Positions 1-12,100 of a DNA stretch of 64,000 nucleotides are shown here, in pieces. Source of the stretch: Candidatus Dojkabacteria bacterium (GTDB lineage: Bacteria; Patescibacteriota; Dojkabacteria; SC72; JAFGCJ01); assembly GCA_016932785.1 (NCBI GenBank), contig JAFGCJ010000002.1, forward strand, positions 337,777-401,776. The letters run 5' to 3'. A program made the position numbers and the translations under genes. The notes below the pieces were generated by a model. The model ran no database searches. It saw nothing but the letters and a program-made list of their open reading frames with translations, and was not told the origin of the DNA. Numbering within the stretch: the stretch's first letter is position 1; each line of letters starts with the position of its first letter.

Positions 1-628
1 ATACCTCAGGGTCCAACACATCTAGATCAACGTGAAGATATACTTTATCATTGGACTTATTAAGAGCTTGCTCTATTATAGAACTAGGTTCATTATTTCC
101 ATCGATCATACATACGTTGTTTTCTCCTATATACTCAACCTCGGGCTGATCCAGGTCCCTCGTACCAACCTTAATTAGATTCTCAATGGGCATATTTGTA
201 CTACAAATATCCGTAAAAGATTTATCACCGTCTCCGATGAGCACCCTGAGAGGCATTCCATGCAACGTCGCACTGGGAGAAGATTCCGGTCTATTAAGAT
301 CTCCGTGGGCATCTATCCAGATAATTGACATACCCGGATATTTCTTTAATAGATAGCTAATAGTGACAATACAGAAACTACAATCTCCGCCAAGTGTAAA
401 CAGCATATCCGGATCCTTCTGGAAAAGACATTCCTTAAATAGGCGAAGGTCCTTAAGCAGAACATCATAATTAAGAATTTTATTCTTCTTTTCACTTCCC
501 GAAGTATCAAATTCTGGTACTATCTCAAATTCAAACCTATCTCGAAGATTTTCATATAGATATTCAACACCGGAATAGAGTTCATCGGTAGTACCAGAGC
601 CTTGCCAAAGAGGGAAATAAAAAAACAT
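1..628 (-). CDS. Ureohydrolase (arginase/agmatinase/formimidoylglutamase family), 3' end cut by window edge
   Basis: Not in the ORF track because no stop lies in the window. My reverse-strand translation from the ATG at 626-628 reads MFFYFPLWQGSGTTDELY...LGGDCSF...IIWIDAHGDLN...VYLHVDLDVLDPEV. DAHxD and DxDxxDP are the Mn-binding signatures of the arginase fold. Confidence 0.8.
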   Translation of the reverse strand, partial: MFFYFPLWQGSGTTDELYSGVEYLYENLRDRFEFEIVPEFDTSGSEKKNKILNYDVLLKDLRLFKECLFQKDPDMLFTLGGDCSFCIVTISYLLKKYPGMSIIWIDAHGDLNRPESSPSATLHGMPLRVLIGDGDKSFTDICSTNMPIENLIKVGTRDLDQPEVEYIGENNVCMIDGNNEPSSIIEQALNKSNDKVYLHVDLDVLDPEV

Positions 629-814
629 ATTTATAATCGTAGAAAAATTTATTTGTCTATAGATCAACCTGAAATAACGTACCAATAAATACAACAAAAT
701 TCTGGAGTATTATAACTCAAAGAGTATTCATGGAAAAGACAAGTTCACCAATCTATTTAAATTTAAGTCCCTATATTCAACGATCATCACTCCATTGATA
801 TATAATTAAAAATA

Positions 815-1213
815 ATGAAAACATTTTTCGTTGTCATAGCTGTGGCAAAATATAAAGAAAAGATTTTACTGCTGAAAAGATCAGGGACCAGACATTTTTC
901 TCCGGAGAAATGGCAGCCAGTCTCCGGTTTTCCAAAAGAGAAGGAGTCGGCAGAAGAATGTGCACTACGTGAACTAAAAGAGGAAACGGGACTTACAGGG
1001 GAGATAAAAAATGAAAGTTCTGTATTTGAGTACGAAAACAAGTTCGGCCATTGGATAAACCTCGCATTTTTAATCGAGGTCCATAATACCAATGTCAACC
1101 TGAATCCTAAAGAACATTCAGATTTTGCATGGATTCTTCCAAAGGATTATGCTGAATTTGATTGTATCGAGGGCGTAAAGTTCGATTTGGAATTACTGGA
1201 ATTAGTGTCCTAG
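815..1213 (+). CDS. Nudix hydrolase
   Basis: 132 aa with a complete Nudix box, GFPKEKESAEECALRELKEETGL (Gx5Ex7REUxEExGU). TATAAT at 801-806 lies only 8 nt upstream of the ATG. Confidence 0.85.
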   Translation: MKTFFVVIAVAKYKEKILLLKRSGTRHFSPEKWQPVSGFPKEKESAEECALRELKEETGLTGEIKNESSVFEYENKFGHWINLAFLIEVHNTNVNLNPKEHSDFAWILPKDYAEFDCIEGVKFDLELLELVS

Positions 1214-1269
1214 ACTATCACTCAGGAGATGGATAAGTCTCCAAGAAAATATCAAATTCAAGTATACGA

Positions 1270-1308
1270 AAAGAGGTGCCGTATGGACAATCATATGAGC
1301 ACCTCTTT
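1270..1308. terminator. Hairpin between convergent genes (possible bidirectional terminator)
   Basis: AAAGAGGTGC (1270-1279) pairs perfectly with GCACCTCTTT (1299-1308) around a 19-nt loop, and a T-rich stretch follows on the + strand. The loop is long for a canonical intrinsic terminator. Confidence 0.4.
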
Positions 1309-1332
1309 GTTTCCTTACCTAATCCAAAACGG

Positions 1333-2400
1333 CTAGTACTGTATGACCTTTATGAAGTCAACATCAAAATCCTGTTGAACAGTCAAAACACCTAATCCAG
1401 GATAGAAATGTACCCCATCAATTGGTTCCATATCATAGTTGTCGTTCCAGTATTCTATTCCAAGCGCTGGGAATGGTTCAGGAAGATCTGTCTCACCAAC
1501 AAATTCCTCATTAACCCAGAATTTGACATGTTGATCACCTGAAGAATTCTCTGACCACTCCATCTTAAACTCTACCCATTCATGAATATCCACTTCATTC
1601 TCAGCATATAACGTCTCTCTATACACTAGCATGTCAGCAATACTCGTATAGAATGGATTGTCAGTTTTAAACACTGAGACTCCTAAACCAACAAGCTCTG
1701 GAGCAGCATCACCTGAATCGTCTGAGATGAGCTCAAGACCCATTGATCTAACTACATGGAACTCATTATTAGGATAATCGGCCGGCATATTCCAAAGGTA
1801 GATACCGGAAGATCCAAGAAAATCACCCGTTCCATCGGCATTATAAACATCTGACCACCTGACCTTTGTCGTAAGAGTAACTGGGTGGCCTAGCTCCGGT
1901 TCCCACCTGTTCGGTTCGTAATATGAGAACCCATGCGGCTGATCATCTAAAGCAGTTTCGTGATACTCCAACAGATTACCGTATTCATCGTAAAAAATTG
2001 GAAGGAACGGCTTAATCGTAAGCCTCATAAATCCGTTACCGTCCAACTCTTCCTCGTGCGTCACACATTCAGTACCCCCCACAATAGGTGAATAAGGATC
2101 ACTGGGATCCAGCGGCACTTCTGTTGAGCACTCCAAATTGTATCCTCTTTCGACGTATCCATTACTGGTTATTGTCCACCAGTAAGGCTCGCCCTCCGTA
2201 GGAATACTTGGCGGAACACCGTACATAAGAAAAATACTGTATGGTGTCCCGTAGTCAAAGGTCTCAAAGTTGTCGAGAATCATATTGGGCTGTGTAAGAT
2301 TCACTGTATTTGCAGAAGCAACCCTTACACCGAAACCCATTATTATCCCAACAGAACCAAGAGCCACAATGACCATAATCATAAGTCTCTTGAGGGACAT
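1333..2400 (-). CDS. Secreted hypothetical protein (beta-rich; function unknown)
   Basis: The ORF-track entry 1333..2502 opens at a GTG. The in-frame ATG at 2400 gives MSLKRLMIMVIVALGSVGIIMGFGVRVASA, a classical signal peptide, so I prefer 2400. No motif I can name. Confidence 0.6.
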   Translation of the reverse strand: MSLKRLMIMVIVALGSVGIIMGFGVRVASANTVNLTQPNMILDNFETFDYGTPYSIFLMYGVPPSIPTEGEPYWWTITSNGYVERGYNLECSTEVPLDPSDPYSPIVGGTECVTHEEELDGNGFMRLTIKPFLPIFYDEYGNLLEYHETALDDQPHGFSYYEPNRWEPELGHPVTLTTKVRWSDVYNADGTGDFLGSSGIYLWNMPADYPNNEFHVVRSMGLELISDDSGDAAPELVGLGVSVFKTDNPFYTSIADMLVYRETLYAENEVDIHEWVEFKMEWSENSSGDQHVKFWVNEEFVGETDLPEPFPALGIEYWNDNYDMEPIDGVHFYPGLGVLTVQQDFDVDFIKVIQY

Positions 2401-2665
2401 ACGGGAGAGGTAAAAATTTATTTTGGGAGAACGATAGACAAAGGAGGAATCGAACAATATTGTCTTTTTTGTTTCCCAGAAAGACTCTACTCTTACAGAC
2501 ACATCGTGTCAACAACCTATAATTAAATACTCCGCACACATGTTTTTTGCCCATATTACAGGGCTTAGAGCTACCCCCTAACTGTCAAATAATGACGACA
2601 AACACTATCGAGTCATCCTCATTACACTGACTCTGGTAAAATAATACAAATTTTAAGAAAATAAT

Positions 2666-3274
2666 ATGGAAACACTACGAAAAATAACAGAAGACGAGAT
2701 GATTGCACTCTTCTTAAAAGGAGAGTTGTCCTCTAGCAGATTCAAATCTGAAATCAACGATGCTGCAGAAAAACTAAAAATCGACACAAAGATATTGTCA
2801 CGTCCAAACCTCCAAAGCAATAATGAAAACCATCAACGTCGCGAACTTCTTGGCGAATTCAGAGGATATGGTAGAAACAAAGAATTGTTTGAAAATTTTC
2901 CGCAAAAGCTCGACTGGGAGATTGTAAAAATGAACAAAACAGAGTTATCAAAAGTTCTATACATTTCCTATAGCTATTGGCTAGAGCTATCAAACAATTC
3001 AAGACTTCCATCAAAGGCAGCAGAAAACATTCGAAAAGGGAAAATCGTTTACGACACACCAAATGACGGATTCATTAAGGCCGCAGAATTTCTTCGTGGT
3101 GGAGGCAGTTTCCCAATGATGATATTCGTAACAAACAGCTCTAGAAATAAAATCGTTGTGCTCGAGGGACACTTAAGACTTACCGCATACAATTTATCCC
3201 AAGAATGTATTCCAAAATCAATTGAAGCTGTACTGGGAGTTTCAGATGAGATTGAGAAATGGGATATGTTTTGA
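2666..3274 (+). CDS. Hypothetical protein; C-terminal part weakly resembles a ParB/sulfiredoxin-type core
   Basis: 202 aa. FPMMIFVTNSSRNKIVVLEGHLRLTAY...IPKSIEAVLGV resembles the strand-(D/E)GxHR-helix core of ParB/Srx domains, at motif level only. An extended -10, TGGTAAAAT, sits at 2634-2642. Confidence 0.55.
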   Translation: METLRKITEDEMIALFLKGELSSSRFKSEINDAAEKLKIDTKILSRPNLQSNNENHQRRELLGEFRGYGRNKELFENFPQKLDWEIVKMNKTELSKVLYISYSYWLELSNNSRLPSKAAENIRKGKIVYDTPNDGFIKAAEFLRGGGSFPMMIFVTNSSRNKIVVLEGHLRLTAYNLSQECIPKSIEAVLGVSDEIEKWDMF

Positions 3275-3382
3275 TTTCGCTTTTCACTATGCCTCTTTCT
3301 AACTAAAAACGTCGATTTTCCTCTTTGTATATCTATTTCTGATACAATCATATCTACACTAACATTGAAATTACTCATTAAT

Positions 3383-3829
3383 ATGATTGAAAGTAAACCC
3401 TATACTGGAAAGGTATCGATAAAAGGCATCGTCTTTGAAGACGGAAAGATCTGGCTTCGAAAAAATGAAAGAAACGAATGGGAACTACCTGGAGGAAAAC
3501 TTGATGTCGGCGAACAGCCAGAAGAAACAGTCGTTAGAGAGCTAGAGGAGGAGCTCGGATTCAAGACTAAAGTTGAGAAAATTATCGACGCATCAATGTA
3601 CACAATTCAAAAATCACCTAACACCAAAGTTGACGTTCTCGTTATCACCTATCTGTGCGAGCTAATAGAGAAGGTCGGAGACTTTGAGACGATGGGCGAA
3701 GCAGGAAAAGCTGAATTCGCAAACTTCGGCACAGATGAAATTATCAGTTTGAAGATGCCAGAATTTTATAAAGAAGCTATAAGAAAAGCGCATAAGGTGA
3801 AAAATGTTCAAAAACTCCCAAGCACATGA
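3383..3829 (+). CDS. Nudix hydrolase
   Basis: Nudix box GKLDVGEQPEETVVRELEEELGF. The ORF opens at TTG 3365; the first ATG is 3383 (MIESKPYTG), which I prefer. Confidence 0.85.
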   Translation: MIESKPYTGKVSIKGIVFEDGKIWLRKNERNEWELPGGKLDVGEQPEETVVRELEEELGFKTKVEKIIDASMYTIQKSPNTKVDVLVITYLCELIEKVGDFETMGEAGKAEFANFGTDEIISLKMPEFYKEAIRKAHKVKNVQKLPST

Positions 3830-3881
3830 ATTGATTGCTAGTACAAAGGAGATTTTATCCCAGATGGAAACGCCAGATTTT

Positions 3882-4883
3882 TTATTGCTCAGTATATTCT
3901 AGAGATTTTAGATCGATTACAACAGTCCTTATATCACCATTCACCAAATAATCATAATCATTTGGAATAATATGAGCTTCATCCTCATCAACATAAACAA
4001 TTTCCGAGGGGTCAGAGGAAGGAAGCATCTCGAAGGTCACAATTACAGTTTTTTTCCGACTATCAAGATCAATTACCCCCGTTTCACCCGATTCAAGAGT
4101 GTAAACAACATACTCTTCGTTTGCTCCAAGACCCATCCAATGACTAGCGCCAAAAGCGTAAATCTCACGCTCTGATCCACCATTTACTGAATATTGATAA
4201 ATTTTTCCAGTATAGTTATCCTCATCTCCATCATTTTCTGTTACTTTGTACTTAGTGTAGTAGATATACTTACCGTTATACGAAAAAACTGGTGCAGCAA
4301 CATATTCTGCTACTGCTTTACCATCGACTTTTAGGACGGTGTAGTCATCCTCATATAGTACCAACTCTGCTTCATGTTCACCTCCAGTATTTCCTAGCTC
4401 CATCAAAATTTCACCCTCCGAGCGTCTCACTTCTACTCCTTTTTCAATATTCTCGTTATAATTCCTCATTGTTGCTATATCCTGATTATCCCCTTCAGTC
4501 AGGTCTCCGCTTTTGATTGACTCATACAGAGCATCCATATTTTCTTCTGACTGCTTTTCTTTATCCTCGTCTGATAGATATGCCTCTGTTAAAACGCTTT
4601 TATAAGTGATTTCATCAGTTTGCCACCACACTAAGTACCTGCGCTTCAACTTAACAAAATATACAGTGATATCACCATCTGAGTTGGTGGTAAAAACAGT
4701 AACCTTGGGAGCAAACAGATGAACTTTTGTTATTAGGGTTTTAGATTTATCAACTTGTTCGTACAGTTGATTTCCAAATGATTTAACAAACATTAATGGG
4801 ACAAAAAGTACAATACCTACCAAAAGTAATAGCCCTACTAAAATGTAATATAGTTTTTTATTTGACCAGAAATGGATTTTCAT
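3882..4883 (-). CDS. Membrane-tethered extracytoplasmic protein with beta-blade-like C-terminal repeats (unknown function)
   Basis: 333 aa. N-terminal TM helix YYILVGLLLLVGIVLFVPLMFV. The C-terminal half (YNGKYIYYTKY...GKIYQYSVNGGSEREIY...EYVVYTLESGETGVIDL) looks like TolB/DUF5050-type propeller blades. It is the last gene of the megaprotein operon and overlaps the upstream gene by 26 nt. Confidence 0.6.
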   Translation of the reverse strand: MKIHFWSNKKLYYILVGLLLLVGIVLFVPLMFVKSFGNQLYEQVDKSKTLITKVHLFAPKVTVFTTNSDGDITVYFVKLKRRYLVWWQTDEITYKSVLTEAYLSDEDKEKQSEENMDALYESIKSGDLTEGDNQDIATMRNYNENIEKGVEVRRSEGEILMELGNTGGEHEAELVLYEDDYTVLKVDGKAVAEYVAAPVFSYNGKYIYYTKYKVTENDGDEDNYTGKIYQYSVNGGSEREIYAFGASHWMGLGANEEYVVYTLESGETGVIDLDSRKKTVIVTFEMLPSSDPSEIVYVDEDEAHIIPNDYDYLVNGDIRTVVIDLKSLEYTEQ

Positions 4884-5436
4884 TCCATGCTTCGATCATA
4901 TTATAAAACTCCTCGAGACTATTAGTTATCTCATAACCAATATCCTTCACAACTACTTCTTTATCAAATTGATTATAGGGAGAAACAATATCTATACCTT
5001 CAGAAAAATCCGAGTGAAATAACACCACTTGCCTTGACTCACTAAGCTCTATGCCTGAGTCTAAATGGCCCAGATTCTTCATTCCTCCATCAGAGTATAC
5101 TATTTCAAAGTACTCCCCATTTTTTATTTCGTTATTGTTAACATTAAAAATAAACAGAAATCTCCTCTGATCTTGATAAAAAGTACCTTCTCCATCATCG
5201 TAATCAACATCGATATGGAAATACAAAATATCTTGTGAACATTTATTGAATTTAGGCTCATTTCCACTACCAGAATCCAAACAATAGTTTTTTAGGATTT
5301 TTACATCCTTTGGTTCATAAATGTAATTTCTCTTAGTATTAGTTAGAACCCAGAATACAAGAAAGAAAATATTGAGTATGAATGAAACAGTAAACAGACT
5401 TATCAGCACTATCTTCTTCAAAGGCATGTTTCTCAT
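4858..5436 (-). CDS. Membrane-tethered hypothetical protein
   Basis: 192 aa with a single N-terminal TM helix (IVLISLFTVSFILNIFFLVFWVL). Same strand as the megaprotein gene and tightly packed with it. Confidence 0.6.
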   Translation of the reverse strand: MRNMPLKKIVLISLFTVSFILNIFFLVFWVLTNTKRNYIYEPKDVKILKNYCLDSGSGNEPKFNKCSQDILYFHIDVDYDDGEGTFYQDQRRFLFIFNVNNNEIKNGEYFEIVYSDGGMKNLGHLDSGIELSESRQVVLFHSDFSEGIDIVSPYNQFDKEVVVKDIGYEITNSLEEFYNMIEAWNENPFLVK

Positions 5437-5504
5437 TAATTACTTCCCTTCCGAAAAATTAATAAAGTAAAACTTGCGTTGTACCTAATTTTAGGAATAA
5501 AAAA

Positions 5505-6110
5505 TTAGATTTCCATCATACTAACTCTAATCTTGGTATCAGGATCTTCAATAAATTCTTTTTTAAATTCATCTTCCGAAAACCGAGGCTCGAACCTTAC
5601 ATATCCGACAACAATATTCTCGGAGTCATTCACACTCTCATAGCAAATCAAAACATAACCATCATCCAACCAAACAAATGCTGTATATTCTCCACGAATG
5701 CCAGATGTATAAATATATTCCATGTCCGATTGTCCATGTTCTTCCACAATTTTTTTATAAAGGCCTTCATCACCTGCCGCGAAACTTGTTTCAGATCTAT
5801 TTATCTCTGAACCATCCACATATACATATCCGTAACCAAGATATTCATACCGCCGAACTCCATTGACTTTCTCTTCTGTCTTGCCACCTTCATTGAATTC
5901 TATAAGATTTTCGTCCCCAATACATTCGAACAGCATATTTTCAAACTCTCCCAGCTTTTTTCCAATGGCATTATCTGTCACAAATAGCCTGTCTACCGGT
6001 TCGCAATCATACTCTTCCTTACCCAGAAAATGGTATACACCTACAACCGCAAACAGAATCATAATAAGAACACCTGTAATAAGTGTTACTGTCTTTTTTA
6101 CTTTCTTCAT
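5505..6110 (-). CDS. Membrane-tethered hypothetical protein
   Basis: 201 aa with a single N-terminal TM helix (VTLITGVLIMILFAVVGVYHF). It starts 17 nt after the megaprotein stop. Confidence 0.6.
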   Translation of the reverse strand: MKKVKKTVTLITGVLIMILFAVVGVYHFLGKEEYDCEPVDRLFVTDNAIGKKLGEFENMLFECIGDENLIEFNEGGKTEEKVNGVRRYEYLGYGYVYVDGSEINRSETSFAAGDEGLYKKIVEEHGQSDMEYIYTSGIRGEYTAFVWLDDGYVLICYESVNDSENIVVGYVRFEPRFSEDEFKKEFIEDPDTKIRVSMMEI

Positions 6111-6127
6111 GACTCAATAATAATAAA

Positions 6128-9100
6128 CTAAAACTTCTTATCAACAATCTTTTCTTTGTCTTCCAGTTTTTGCGTTCCGCCAGAAAAAGTACCCTTTTTA
6201 AACTGGAAAACTGCTACTGATTCAGCCCAATCCTCATAAGAATACGAGGATGCATAGTCAGTCACAAAATCTTCCAGAGTAATTGATTTAGAAGTATAGT
6301 CAACAGTCGTTGGTTTTGCCTTCGAATCAATAGCCCACGATTCGTAAATTACACTCATATTTTCAATCCATGAGATCTTAGAGAATTCACTCAACAGTTT
6401 TGCTGAATTACTAGCCTTATCGTATTCCTCATATGAATGTGCAAGTTCATGTGTAATCACAATTTTATATCCTTCTTCTTGATTAATATTTCCATACCGA
6501 GTGAACCCAGAAAAATTCATAGCACCATCGTAAACATATACATTCTTTGTCCCAGTATAATCATATGAAGCTGCGGCACTTGCATGACTTGCCTCCCTGA
6601 CAAACTCGTTTACATGACCATGATCATATAAATTACTTGGAAGGCTACCCAAGAGGCTATTTATCCATTCCAATTCCTTATCTGTCCAGCTTCCAGCCCC
6701 ATCCACAAGATCGATTCCATACTTGTCACCAATATTTCCTTTTTTATCTTCCTTTATCTCTACTGTATTACTCCTATCCGATATAAGTGGCTCATCCCCA
6801 GAAGTAAAAGAGATTTCTACATCACCATCTGCATTGGTATGAAATTTAGTTGTATCCCATATCTTTGTTTGAGTGAAGATTTTATCCCCAACATTTAGAT
6901 CATGTTTATCTTTGTTATCCAGCTCGAGATCTTTTTCCCATCTACCATCACTTGAATCGTTCCATATCCATCCAACATCTTGATCTTTTTTCCAAGGTCT
7001 ATCCTCTCTAAAATTGAGACCAACATGATCCAGCTCATCTTCAAATTTGATAGTTTCCTCATCAGTATACACATTTGAACAAAAAATAAAGCAGCTTTTA
7101 CCAAAAAAGCTTTTGTACTTAACTTCAAAGTCAGCCTTTCTATGCTTGTAAACAGCGACCCCATTCAATACAGCTTTAGAGCCATTATATTTAGTTGTTA
7201 CATAAGTAATCTCTGGGGCAGGAATGTAGTAGTCTTTGACCTTAATATCAAAGTCACCTCCCTCTTTTTTGGTAACCTCAAGATTGACCCAGGGTTTTCC
7301 TAAGCTATTTCCATCTTTCCCAGCCCATTTATCCTTATAGTTACCAGAAGGAGCAGTCGCACTTGCTGGCTTACCTCCTGAACTTGGAACACCGTCACAA
7401 ACAACATTACTCCCCCCTCCAATATATGCCCCTGGATTAACATCCTTACCATTAACATAAACCCCGAAATGCAGGTGCGTCCCTGCCTTATCACCGGATA
7501 AACTAGACCACACATTACCGGTATTACCCATATGACCAAGCTTTTCGCCTACATTATCAAGTCTCTCCCCAAGACCGACAACAGAAGGACTATCATTATC
7601 CAAGTGCCAATACGTTGAAACGATACCATTATCGTGTGTCACATCAACATAATTAGGAGAACCGCCTTTAACCCCACCCTGCTGTTTAACCTTAGTGGCC
7701 GTTCCTGGTGCCATTGGGTATATTGGTTCCCTCCAAGACACCTCAGGTCCGCCAAGCAAGGCAAAGTCCACACCTCCATGATCCGGTCTGGATGCTGTCC
7801 TGTATCCTGATGTAAGTACAACTTTGTCACTATGAACAGGATGGGAATACTCACCTCCAGGTGTATAACAAGCTGGACAGTCTCCACTTCTGACACTATC
7901 ACTAACTGAATCTGATTTGTTCTTCGCTCTGTCAACAACCTTTACTGTAGCAGTATACAATACGTCTCCACATGTTATTCTACCTATCAAATTACTAGTA
8001 GAGTATCTTCCGTGATTATCTAGATTTGCATTTAATACCCTACTATAATATCTTGAACTCACATGGATCTCTGCAGTTGCTCCGGCTTCTCCTTTTACTG
8101 ACAACGTTAGATACTCCTCTCCAATTGCACCGCGTTTATCAAGATATATCACCGGTTCCTCAGGCCTCACCGTATCCCTCTCAATTGTGTGCTTTGTAAG
8201 ACCTGACGCATTTCCAGCAGCGTCAGTAGATATTATTTGAACAGTATAATTTCCATCTTGGCACACCCCAGTCCTCCTTGTACCAATCATATTTACACAT
8301 CCGCTCCGCTCATCAGACGAACTTCCAAGAGGCACATTCTGATCCTTCACCTGGTTTCCAGGCGTTTGAGTAAAGATATATCTAGAAAAACTCTGAGGAC
8401 CAAAAGCTGTAAATTCAAGATCACTTAGGGATTCTGCATGAGTCACCAAGTTAATTGAGAGATCTTTTGTTACAGAGGCTTGATTACCCATTCTCCATTC
8501 AGGTGTTGGATCATAGCTCACACTTTTTGTTCTTATTACTTCTGGATTAATCGGTCGCTTGTTATCATAATAGACTACCTCATCTTCGGAAATAATTGAC
8601 TTGTTACCGGCACGGTCAACAGACTTTATTTGAAATACATAGTCTTTCCCGTTTTTCGTTAAAGGATAGTTGAAAGAATAGGCACAGACATCTTTGTCCT
8701 GAACATTTACTGTATCAGCGATCTTATCAGATGCAAGGCTTTGAGCACACTCTCCCGTAACAAGATCCGTTGTACTAACAAGCTTTGCGTCAACGTAGAA
8801 TTCCATATTTGTGTTTTCCTCTGACCATCCCTTAACCTTGATCTGATTCTCCTCATGCACAAACTCAGGAACCAGACGGCCCTCGGCGATATACCCTGGC
8901 TTAGTGTTAATACCATTGTAATTACCCCAATCACTTGTATCGATATTAGGTGTATTCGGTGAAGTATTATCTACAAAAAATACCTGACCCTCACGCACAG
9001 AATTACCGGCAAGGTCCGATACCTCAACCGTTGTGCAATACCTGCCTTCTACAGCATTACCCGAAAGGACAAACGAGCCATTAGCCTGAGAAAGATCATC

Positions 9101-12100
9101 AGAAGCCACAATAAGGTCATCTATTGCCCCCGTTTGGATCGGAAGAGGAGATGCAAGAAATCCCTGAAGAAACTTTTTTGAACGGCTGGTCTCCCAGAAA
9201 GGAAGATCTCCCCGATCTGACGATCTAAGATTACTCCCATAAATTTCATAGGTTGCACTACTATTTATACACTGATCCGGATCAGATGCCTCTTGTTTAT
9301 CTATTGATATAGCATAACTTAAGCTTTCATTTGCCAGTACATTAAGATCTACAACTGAACCCGATCTCCTCCATTGATTAGAGGTATTTACCTGATCAAT
9401 TTGCGGATCAATTTTATCGATAACAACAGTCTTGGGATCTATAGATTGAGAAGTATTCAAACCAAGAGTAGCAAAAACGTCCAGTGGAATAGTATAAACA
9501 CTTGTATCCGGACTGCTGTAATCTGGCACCGTAGAAACATCTACATTACAATTCCATATGCCTACTGCGCTGGCTGTCGTAGAACATATAGTATTACCTG
9601 AGTTATCCTTGACTTCAATTAGTGCCCCAGGATCGCTTGCTCCTTTTATCTGAATCAGCTTACTATTTGAATAAAAGATATCGTTATAATAATTAGTATT
9701 GGAAACAATTCCACCAACGACCTTATCAATATCTAAGATAATCGGGGTTAAAGGAATATTTCCGTCAACAGTAAAACCGGCTGTAAGACTTTGGACCTCT
9801 ACATCAAGTTTACCCTCGAATTTGACTTCATAAAGTCCCTGAAGACTAGATGGTAAAGGATAGTAAAAATCCCATGTACAGGTGGTACTGTTACATGCCG
9901 TGTAAGGTGTCGTACCATCAACAAATATTTTGTATAACTTAGTAACATTGTCTCCTGTAATATAACCGATATTATTCCAGTCAGTACTCGATGGGAGCAC
10001 GTCAACCATTGAATGATCCGCAAAAGATAATCGCACCCGTTCAGTTCCCTGGTAAACAGTAGACCGCATAATCACATACCTTAAAGCATCAATATCAGCC
10101 TGAGTTATATCTTCTCCGTTATCTAATTTATCAAGAATTGCCTGATATGCAGCAGGATCGTTCGTACCGGTGAGAGCCGGAATTATCTCGACATTTTCAA
10201 ACGGAGGATTTGATGTCGTAGTGACTTTTACCTGGTTTGAAGGAGGAGTCTCATTTCCGTATTTATCCAAGGCAGTCGCAGTAATATAATGCTCATCCTG
10301 AGAATTTACCCTGGGCAGCATAACAATTGTTGAAAAGAAACCGTTATCATCAACCGTGGTATAGTATTCAGTGTCACACTCACCCGAAATGGCCATCGTA
10401 TCTACACAAATCTTGACCTCAAGCATACTGTCAGTTCCTGTATTTGTCGATACAAGCGAAAGAGGTGCCTGGCCTTGAACATTGATAACTCCGCGACTGG
10501 AGTAACTATCATTCTTGGGATAAGTGATGACGACACTATCTGAAAGCTCTGTTGCTGCATATAAACTTGCAGGAGTTGTTTCAAAGTTAATCCCATCTGT
10601 AGTTAACACTTTCAATTGATAAGTATAGGTACCATCACCAACAAAATTGCCTCCAGTATCTCTGCCATCCCATGGGATACTATTAGGTGGCGTCCCCCCG
10701 GCAGTGAAAGATCTTACAACATTTCCGTCTGAATCTTTTATCTCAAGTTCATAGGTATCTATCTGACCATTTGTTGAAATATCTGTAAAATTCACTCCAT
10801 CCTGATTACCATCTCCATTCGGTGAAAAATACTCTATATCCGTATTAAGCGACAATGTTACAGCGAAAAGATCAACATTTACGGATATGGATTGACTGGA
10901 AGTATTTAGGCCAGTCGACGGATAAACATCGGCATTGTCTTTCGTATCTACTTGTATCTGGTTCGTGACATTACCTGGTGTTACAGTGTCCCTTTCTAAC
11001 TGGAAATCTACAACAGACCAATCACATATTTCTTTAATTCCATCAGTCTCAGGACTACCACTCGCATGACAGCTCGTGACTTCTACCCTGGAGGGATTTG
11101 AGACAGAATCAGAAACATCAAATGTCTCACTGTCTACCAATCCATCACCATCCAGATCCCCCAAAGGCAAACTCAAGTCTATCTGAGAATTTTTCTCAGC
11201 AGTTCCAGTAAGCTGAATTTTCGAATAATTAAATAGATTTCCTTCTGACGGAGAAACAAGATCGCTTTGAATATTGCTGTCTAACTCAAAATATTCAGTA
11301 CTATCAATTGCGGAGGTACCTGCTACATCGCTCGCTCTGGTAGTAATAGTATAGTCTCCATCAGGTGTCAGATCTGACGTAAATACAAATTTATAAGTAC
11401 AGGAAGGAGCACCGGAATTACCATAATTTCCAGGACCATCACACGTTTGCTGGATATTCCCCAAAGACGGCTGTGTGTTTACCCCATCATTCGCAAGCAC
11501 AAGCTCGCCGTTAACCGGATGCGTCAATGAAATGAAGAGACTATCGGAATCAATACCCGAGATGTACTCATTACTTCCGTCATCATATCCAGTATCTGAA
11601 AGGCTCACGGTAACCTCAGGTTTTCTATTGTTATTCAGATCGTCTGGAGAGACAGAATCAATTGAAGGAGCTGACCGTTCCTGGTAGTAGCTCACAACAA
11701 CCTGATTTGTGTTATGAACATAATCAGTAACATCGAAAGTGAACGTATTGGCTCCAAGAAGCAACGTGTCATCATAAGAGAATAGACCAAGACCGTCGAG
11801 AGTTAAAGCTGTCTGAACACTACTCTGATTGTTTGTAATACTTGCAACAGCATCAGCCTCCGTTTGTCCGTTTATAGTTATATCACTATCATTAAACCAA
11901 CTCCCGGACACCGGGGTAGAAATATTAATATCTGCGGGAATATTATCAACAATAACCACATTGGAATCGTCAACTTCTTCGTTACCAGCCTTATCGGTTA
12001 CACTGAGTCTTAGCGTATACGGACCATCCGGAACAAATGCACTACTGTTATCCCGCCCATCCCAAACAAATTGATGGGAAACTGGAGTTTCTGATCCTGC

